The position numbers and the translations under genes were made by a program. A DNA stretch of 64,000 bases from Oikopleura dioica. Taxonomy: Eukaryota; Animalia; Chordata. Of this stretch, positions 1 to 7,911 are shown in pieces (within the stretch, counting starts at the first letter, position 1; each line of letters starts with the position of its first letter). The stretch is taken from contig CAJRAX010000007.1 of NCBI GenBank assembly GCA_907165135.1, positions 62,001-126,000 on the forward strand, given 5' to 3'. Under the pieces are notes generated by a model. The model did no database searches and was not told the origin of the DNA. It saw nothing but the letters and a program-made list of their open reading frames with translations.

Positions 1-1153
1 GAATTTTTTTTAATTTTTTTTTTATTTTTATGAATTGTACATCATCTGAAAACGCCAAAAAACGCATCAGAATTTTTCTTAATTTTTTTTTGATTTTTTG
101 AACTGTTAATTATCTAAAAACGCCAAAAAACGCATCAGAAATTTTTTTCAATTTTTGTTTTTATTTTTTTGAACTGTAAATCATCTGAAAACGCCAAAAA
201 ACGCATCAGAATTTTTCTTAATTTTTTCGATTTTTTGAGCTGTAAATTATCTAAAACGCCAAAAACGCATCAGAATTTTTCTTAATTTTTTCGATTTTTT
301 GAACTGTAAATCATCTGTAACCGCCAAAAACGCATCAGAATTTTTTAATTTTTTATTTTTATGAATTGTAAATCATCTGAAAACGCCAAAAACGCATCAG
401 AATTTTTCTTAATTTTTTCGATTTTTTGAACTGTAAATCATCTGAAAACGCCAAAAACGCATCAGAATTTTTTTAATTTTTTATTTTTATGAATTGTAAA
501 TCATCTAAAAACGCCAAAAAACGCATCAGAATTTTTCTTAATTTTTTTCGATTTTTTTGAACTGTAAATCATCTGAAAACGCCAAAAAATGCATCAGAAT
601 TTTTTTTAATTTTTTTTTTTTATTTTTATGAACTGTAAATCATCTGAAAACGCAAAAAAACGCATCAGAATTTTTATTTATTTTTTTTTAATTTATTGAA
701 CTGTTAATCATCTAAAAACGCAAAAAAACGCATAAGAATTGATATTTATTTTTTTTTATTTTTATGAACTGTAAATCATCTGAAAACGCCAAAAAACGCA
801 TCAGAATTTCTTTTTTTTATTTTTATGAACTGTAAATTATCTGAAAACGCCAAAAAACGCATCAGAATTTTTTAATTTTTTTATTTTTATGAACTGTAAA
901 TCATCTGAAAACGCCAAAAACGCATCAGAATTTTTTTCTTATTTTTATGAACTGTAAATCATCTGAAAACGCCAAAAACGCATCAGAATTTTTCTTAATT
1001 TTTTCGATTTTTTGAACTGTAAATTATCTGAAAACGCCAAAAAACGCATCAGAATTTTTTAATTTTTTATTTTTATGAACTGTAAATCATCTGAGAACGC
1101 CAAAAAACGCATCAGAATTTTTCTTAATTTTTTTTCGATTTTTTTGAACTGTA
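1..1153 (+). repeat. Main tandem satellite, ~62-70 bp monomer
   Basis: Repeating GAACTGTAAATCATCTGAAAACGCCAAAAAACGCATCAGAAT + variable T-tracts; monomer starts at e.g. 301, 363, 428, 491, 559. Confidence 0.97.
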
Positions 1154-1558
1154 TGATAATAATAGGCAAAAGAACAATACAAAAAATCGAAAAAAAAATT
1201 ATTCTTTATCACGGCCCGTTTTCGCCAATTCGGATAATTATTTGCATGAAAATCACGAATGCGTTAAATCGGACATTGGAGCCAGTTCGAATTCTGCTGG
1301 TAAAAATGAGACCATTTTTATCTTATTTTTGTAACGTACGCGTTATCACAAAACTCTGAAGGCACATTAGCCACCCGCTTATGCGGTTTTGTTAACCCTT
1401 TTCAGTATTTCTAGGATTCCGAATTTATTCTTTGCTCAAATTTAATTTCACCTTTCTTAACTTATTTTGAACTTTCAATTTATCCTGTAAGTATCTACTG
1501 AACGATTCTCGCTGGACTCATCCCCTTCCCTTACTCGACAAGCTGTATGGACTTTCAT

Positions 1559-1644
1559 CCTCTCGCAGAGTTCCGCTTTTGCGGCTTGACACTGTGACCC
1601 CGTGCCCCGCGGGATGGCGGTGTCAGTAAGTGCTCCGAGGTAGG
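1559..1644 (+). ncRNA. Putative conserved three-way-junction RNA element in LTR A (second copy 8317-8402)
   Basis: CCT-CTCG-GAGT/GCTC-CGAG-AGG closing stem, CCGC/GCGG hairpin, TGACACTGT/GCGGTGTCA stem; same fold with compensatory changes in LTRs B-E. Confidence 0.7.
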
Positions 1645-2085
1645 CGACGTTTGTATGAACACTTTTTCGGCTCGATTTAAGACGACTGGCCCTCTTCTTG
1701 GATAACGACGAAAATGCGGCTTCAACAACTTCGACAGCTTCGACAACTACGACTACTACGACTTGGACAAATGCTATGGACTGACAACGATTATGGAACT
1801 GGAATCAGCAAAAATACTTATCAGAATGTGATATGGTCACATAGTGAGAAGTTGATCATTCTGATTAGTAATTATTGGCAACGAGCGGCTTTATTTTTGG
1901 GAACGAAAAATATCGAAAGAAGAAAACATGGAAGAAAATCGGTGCAACTTTCGCGGCGCCATATTTGGAAAGAAAATAAACACGCGAAATGCGTGAAATC
2001 GCCTTATTTGGAAATTTAAATATCTGCGCGAAATTTCATTTGAAAATTTGAACTTTGAAAAATCACTCTTCGTCTTACCAAAAAT

Positions 2086-2091
2086 AATAAA
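2086..2091 (+). terminator. Putative polyadenylation signal AATAAA in LTR
   Basis: AATAAA lies ~80-110 bp before the LTR 3' end in families A, B (12663-12668, -), C (24931-24936) and D (46605-46610, -). Confidence 0.4.
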
Positions 2092-2191
2092 GCCGTCTTC
2101 GTTATTTTTCTCGACTCATCCTTAGCAAGCTGCAATTAGCTTAATTAGTAATTTTTGATTAGCGCCAGTGAGAGAACGCAGAATTTGCATC

Positions 2192-3310
2192 ATGGGGACC
2201 GCGGACGACACGAGTCCAAAATTCAAGGTAAAATTGCCTGAAGAACTACTTTTTCAACCTTTTCCTTCCCTTAATCCGAGGCAGCTTTTTCGAGCGGAAA
2301 TGTTAACCTATGAATTTATTCTTTCGAAAAATAATTTGAGCGATAAAATTACAGCAATGCGTAAAATTTTTGAGAGAAGCATTAGCGATCATGGAAGAAA
2401 TTCGGATAAAGATGACCTCCTTCGTTCTTTTGAGCGACAAGCAGTTGACTGCATTCGTAATAATTGTTCAAATGATTTTTTGTCGAATTACGGGAGGGAA
2501 ATGGCGAATTTTGAGAGCGAAAAAGACGCATGGAATTTTCTTGAATCGCTTTTTGGAAAGGAGAGTGAAGAGGATAAACGGGAAAGAGCCAAACAAGAAC
2601 TAGAGAATCTGACTCGCCGCTCTGAGATGAATGAAAAATTTTCGTCTTCTTTAGCTCGAGTTGAGTCGGTCGCAAAATTAATCTCGGACAAATCAGACGC
2701 AGTCAATTTTATCGTTGATAATCATTTTATGAGAAATATTGAGCCGGCAAATAAATCTTTTCTTCGAGATCATGGATATAGTAAGAAAACAACCAAAGAA
2801 ATTGTCGATTTTCTTGATTCACGAGAACGTTATTTGCATGTCAATGTTTCTGCTGTGCAAAATAATGATCTGGCGACATTCGTTGACAGAACTAGTGATC
2901 TTCTTGATAATAAACTAAGTTTGATGGAGCAAAATTATGATAAAAAGACTCAAGAACTTCATGAAACAATCAAAAAATTGACAGCGACAGTTTCAAAACT
3001 CGAGCTAGAAAATAAGACGAGAGCGGCTAGGGGAAGCGACCGTAACATTCAGGGAGCGGCTCAGATTCAGGCAAATTCGTCTCCCCAGTTTTTTCCTCAA
3101 TCACCGGGTTTTTTTGGAGCTCAAAACGGTTTTACGGGTTTCCAGGGCTTCCCTCAGCGTAATCCTTTTTGTTTCAATTGCCGACAACCTGGTCATTTTA
3201 AGTCTCGATGTCCATCAATTAAATGCTACGAATGTAATCAATTAGGCCATGTCGGCCGTTTATGCCCCACCAAAAAAAGCCCCAACGATCAATCTAACTC
3301 AAAAAACTAG
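2192..3310 (+). CDS. gag: Gag, family A (capsid-like, coiled coil, two CCHC zinc knuckles)
   Basis: ATG at the LTR/PBS junction (MGTADD...); CFNCRQPGHFKSRC and CYECNQLGHVGRLC knuckles. Confidence 0.92.
   Translation: MGTADDTSPKFKVKLPEELLFQPFPSLNPRQLFRAEMLTYEFILSKNNLSDKITAMRKIFERSISDHGRNSDKDDLLRSFERQAVDCIRNNCSNDFLSNYGREMANFESEKDAWNFLESLFGKESEEDKRERAKQELENLTRRSEMNEKFSSSLARVESVAKLISDKSDAVNFIVDNHFMRNIEPANKSFLRDHGYSKKTTKEIVDFLDSRERYLHVNVSAVQNNDLATFVDRTSDLLDNKLSLMEQNYDKKTQELHETIKKLTATVSKLELENKTRAARGSDRNIQGAAQIQANSSPQFFPQSPGFFGAQNGFTGFQGFPQRNPFCFNCRQPGHFKSRCPSIKCYECNQLGHVGRLCPTKKSPNDQSNSKN
2193..2209 (+). promoter_or_regulatory. Primer binding site-like sequence (degenerate, tRNA-Arg-like)
   Basis: TGGGGACCGCGGACGAC directly after the LTR-terminal CA. 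Confidence 0.55.
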
Positions 3311-3346
3311 ATGCGTGGACCAATTCTGGCCAAATTATGGTTCCAC
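3301..3346 (+). promoter_or_regulatory. -1 ribosomal frameshift signal (A AAA AAC + hairpin)
   Basis: X XXY YYZ heptamer immediately before the gag stop; pol is in the -1 frame; GTGGACCA/TGGTTCCAC stem downstream. Confidence 0.8.
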
Positions 3347-6300
3347 AAATATCTGTAAATAAAGTAGGAAATCAATTTTACGTAAATGCAAAAATTTTTG
3401 ACTGTACTTCACGCTTTCTCCTTGACACAGGTTCTCAATTGAACCTGATTAATCACAAAAAAATCCCAAAAAAGATAAAAATAGAAAAAACTAATATAAA
3501 TGTTGTAAATTATTCTGGCGATAAAATAGACATTCTGGGCAAAGTAGAGGGTGACATTATTATTGATAACGTATCCTGGGGAAAATCGACCTATTATGTT
3601 GTTTCTGACCGTCTAAGTCCAATTTTAGGCGTTCCCGCACTTGTAGACAACGAGATTTTGATCAATTTAAAGCGGAAAAGAATGATTAAAGCGGGGCCTA
3701 TTGAAAGATTTGCGAGTCTAAATAAAGTCACAGTACCCAAAGAAACGGATAATGAGGAATTCTTCGAGGGGACCTTGCAAGAAACTTTTACCTTTCGCCC
3801 GAAATCCGAATCAATAATTGATCTTTTTGTTCCTAATCTTTGTTCGACAAAAAACCTCTTTTTCGAAAATTCGAATCTTGGCGAGTCTAAATTACAGTTA
3901 ATTCCGTCATTTCAGACGGTTGATTCTGAAAGTCCTGTTTTCCGGTTGTTAGTGATCAACCCAACAGACGCTTCAATAAAAATTCCGAATGGAACTGTTC
4001 TTGTGAAGCTTTTCGAAATTTGCGAGGTAGCGCGAATTAAAGAATCTTCCCTCGGACATCTTAAAAATATCGAGGTGGGAAATATTTCGTGTCCGGAAGT
4101 CAAAAAGGAATTTTATGAATCACTCTACGAAAATGGATTTTTATTTCTTGACAATGATGATGCTTTGCCAGCATGCTCGATTGAAAAATTTTCGATCGAA
4201 ACGAATTGTACCCAGCCTATTTCATCCCATCCCTACCGGACTCCGTTCAGTCTCCGGGGAGTTCTCAAATCGATCCTAACCAGTCAGATTAAAAATAAAA
4301 TGATTGAGCCCTGCTCAAGTCCCTGGAATAGCCCTTCACTTTTGGTTAGAAAAAAAACAGGAGATTTTCGTCTTGTTGTCGATCTTAGGAAGTTAAATGA
4401 CGTTACAACTCAGATGCATTACCCCCTTCCCAATCTTTAAGATTCTCTTTCGTATCTTGAAAAGAGCAAAATTTTTTCAAGCATAGATCTTATCAAGGGA
4501 TTCCACCAGGTTGAATTGGACGAGAAATCGAAAGATTTAACAGCCTTTAGTAACGAATTCGGCCAATTTCGATATTTAAGAATGCCGATGGGTTGTAGAA
4601 ATGCGCCTGCGTTTTTTTATGCGCATTATGGACAAGGCTCTTGCGGATGTTGATAAATCTGAGATAATTTGTTATATGGACGATGTCTTGTGCCATAGTA
4701 AAACGGAAAGGGAGCATCTTAATATTCTCAAAAAATTTTTTATGATTCTTAACGCCAATAATCTGCGTATTCACTCCCGGAAAGCTTCTTTTTTCACGAA
4801 ATCGACTAAATTTTGCGGCTATGTAATTTCGGACGGAAACGTTTCTCCTTCGCCAGATAAAATTGAAGCTATTAAAAATCTCAAAATTCCAAATTCAAAA
4901 GAAACCGCACAAAGTCTTTTTGGGCTTTTAAATTATCATCGAAGATTTATTAGAAATTTCGCAAAAATAGCGCTTCCGATTACAAAAACTTATCGAAACA
5001 ATTTCTCTTGGACTAACGAAGCATCTAAGGCCTTAATCGAATTAAAAGAAATTATCTGCGATAGAGCCTTGAAACTTAAAATTCCCCCGGCAAGTGAATG
5101 TAGATTTGTTATGGAATCGGATGCGTCCCAGAATGGATACGGAGGTGTGTTATATATTTGTGATTTTGAAAATGAGAATCACTGCCAACATGATCATTCG
5201 GCTGATTGTCTTGTACCGGTTAGTTACCATAGCGGAAATTTTAATGAGACACAGCAGAAATATACGATAATTGAAAAAGAACTGTTTTCAGGGAAATCAT
5301 GTATGGAAAAATGGTCTGTTTATTTGGCATTTCGAACCTTTGACTGGATAACTGATAACTCAAACATAAAATACATTCGAACGCTAAGGACAAATAACCA
5401 AAAAATTTCGCGTTGGATAACTGAAATTCAGGGATTCTCTTTTAATATAATTCTTAAATCCACAAATAGAATGAAAGTAAGTGATTGTCTTAGTAGAAAT
5501 ATATCATTGGAAAATTCACGTGCTTCAATTAATAGAGTAAATTTCGTGGAGAGCGAATTAGCAGATTTACAAAAACTCGATCCTATTCTTTCACAAATCA
5601 TTAAATTCGTAAAAATCGATCGTTGGCCGAATAACCCAAAAAATGAGATATTATTTTACTGGCTCTTAAGGGAAAATCTCTCAATGACAGAAAATGACGA
5701 GCTTGTTTATCATGATTGCTTTGGTAACAAACGCTACCCCATTCCCACAAATTTAGAATCAGAAATAGTCCAAAACTACCACGATTACTGTCACTCAGGA
5801 ATCGATCAAACTTTTTCTAAGATATCTTCAAAATACATTTGGCCAAAAATGAGGGAGAAAATAAAAGAATTCATAAGATCCTGCGATTTTTGTCAGAAAG
5901 ATAAGCCAAATTTTCACCCAAATAAAGCGCCAATTCTTTCGTTTAAAACCCCTAATGGGCCCTTCGAAGTTTTCGGTTTTGATCTTATAACGCTTCCCCC
6001 AACTGATTTAGGTCATAAATACGTTATGGTTATGATTGATTTTTTCTCTAAATTTGCGTACTGTGAGCCACTACGATCACGCGACTCAAAGCATCTTCTC
6101 GACAAATTTAAATCAGTTATTTTTAAAAATCCATTCTTTCCGAAATACGTTGTTTTAGATAACGCTCGGGAACATAATGAAATTGCTAAATTTATGAAGG
6201 AAAATAATATTGAGCCCCATTTTACGCCACCAAGACATCCGTCTTCTAACGGACAAGTTGAAAATTACAATCGAACACTCAAAAGTAGATTGCGGGCAAG

Positions 6301-7858
6301 AACAAATTATGAAAATTGGGACCTGATGCTACAAGAAATTGTTCATGATTTAAATAATTCTCTTCATTCAGTTACTAAAACAACTCCTTTCTCTATCCAA
6401 TTAGGCGTTAAGAATTCGCATAATATTTTTGATTCAAATTTTCGAACATATAATGAAAAAAGCGACATTAATTTCAAAGACATTAAAAACCTTTTAGATG
6501 CCGAAAAACAGCTAAGAATTTCTAAATTTTCGAACCCTCGATTTCAACAATATAATTTAGGCGAACTCGTTCTAATGAAGAATTTTGAATCAAAAAAACC
6601 GGCTTTTTTAGGCCCATTCAAAATCATTGAAAAATCAAAGGAAGGTACTTGGTACAAAATTGAAGCTAATCATAAAATATATCGTCGGCATGCTGATGAT
6701 CTTAAGAAATACATTTTAAGAGAAGATAAAAGCCATGAATTCATTCCAAAAAAATCTGAGATCAAAAATAATGACGTTATGATTCAAAATTTTGGTTACC
6801 CGACAGAGACAAGTTTTTGCATTATTTCTGATGATTCAACCATAGAAACAAAAGAAGAGAAAAAACTTGATGAAATTTCAGAAATGATGGTCGAGACGAT
6901 CACGAACTCAATATTTTTTAGTTTTCTTGAAGAATTAATAGTTTCCACGGAGGAATCATCAGAGGAGTGTAGCTCGGTAATTTCGGTTATTGAAAACAAT
7001 GATGCTGATGATAAACTCGAAGTTATTTCGAATTCGTCCTTCTCGGAATTACCAAAACCAGATATTTCGGAAATACGGGAGGAGACCCAGGATTTTACTG
7101 ATACGGATTGTGAGACTGAAAACGACCCTAGTATGTTTGAAGTGACGCTGAGTGAGGCTGAGGAGGAGCCCGTAGATTTGAGCCCTAAAGAAAATGAAGA
7201 TCCTCATTTAACATCATACAGTAGATTAGATATTTCGGGAAATTATAATTTTCAAACAAAGAAACGAGTAAGAGAGTCATCAAAAGATTCTAATCCAGAG
7301 GCAAAAATTCCAAATTTAAACGAAATTGATAATTTTGAAATAATCGAGGATGATTCTATGGATTTTTCGCTCGCAATAAAATTCGAAAACGAAAACCAGG
7401 CATTTTTTGACCAACTTGATGAAAAATACAAAGATTTTAGAGCGGACATGATAATTGAAAAAGGTTGCGTTCTTAAATTGGGCGAATTAACAAAATTGAC
7501 TCTGTTTTATATACTTGATAAGTTTGAGGTTGAATACGAGGCGAGCAGTAATGCATCGGAACTAAAAATTAAAATACGAGAGTACATTAAAAGAAATTAC
7601 CCGAATTGGCGAAAAAGTAATTCAGGCGAGTATTTATTCCTTTCAGTTTTAAATTTGAAAGAAGATAAACTCTTGCATGAATTATCGAAACCCGAATTAA
7701 AGGTCCTTATTGCTCAGTATAATCTGCCACAATCTTTGATAAAAACAAGCAAATCGGAAATGCAATTTTTCATTATGGAATCCTTCGCTTCTATGTATCC
7801 AAACCACCCAAAAAAATCAAATGACCTTCTTTTTGGACCAAGCATATTCAAAGAATAA
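3301..7858 (+). pseudogene. pol: Pol, family A (protease, RT, RNase H, integrase, long C-terminal extension); in-frame TAA at 4438 and +1 in a T-run near 4615
   Basis: FLLDTGS protease, YMDD RT, ESDAS/EKEL/TDN/SDCLSR RNase H, HHCC + D,D,E integrase, GPF module; NL*DS where the other families have LEDS. Confidence 0.93.
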
Positions 7859-7911
7859 ATTGTTCATTGCAAAAAAGATGCTCCATAAAAGATGCCAAGG
7901 TTTGGCCATAC

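Larger units (their letters stand above)
1154..2192 (+). repeat. 5' LTR of element A
   Basis: Direct repeat of 7912-8950. Confidence 0.96.

Noticed and set aside
1075-1359. Repetitive ORFs such as MNCKSSENAKKRIRIF (also 21091, 22622, 41428, 44876, 48080, 57336)
   Set aside because: Chance translations of the satellite monomer, broken at random by T-tract length changes
1516-1524. ACTCATCCC, resembling (from memory) the start of the Oikopleura spliced leader
   Set aside because: Only 9 nt, only family A, and the host is not identifiable from this window
1591-1599. ACTGTGACC pairing with the GGTCACA motif
   Set aside because: Complementarity is not maintained in E, B, C or D
1559-1644. Hammerhead, HDV-like or twister ribozyme assignment for the LTR motif
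   Set aside because: No CUGANGA/GAAA core (B has CUGAUCA only), no nested double pseudoknot and no twister loop consensus on either strand
1555-2019. Small ORFs inside LTRs (1714-2019, 12921-13103, 24171-24422, 46664-47098) and antisense ORFs over gag/pol
   Set aside because: Not conserved between families, including close relatives A and E; repeated only because the LTRs are repeated
4438-4440. Stop-codon readthrough or alternative genetic code (TAA in A RT, TGA in B tail, TAA in C tail)
   Set aside because: The positions are not shared between families and TAA/TAG end gag normally; simple point mutations are more likely
6720-7911. env gene or chromodomain after integrase
   Set aside because: No separate ORF, signal peptide or transmembrane segment; no chromodomain aromatic-cage pattern; pol runs to within ~55-130 bp of the 3' LTR
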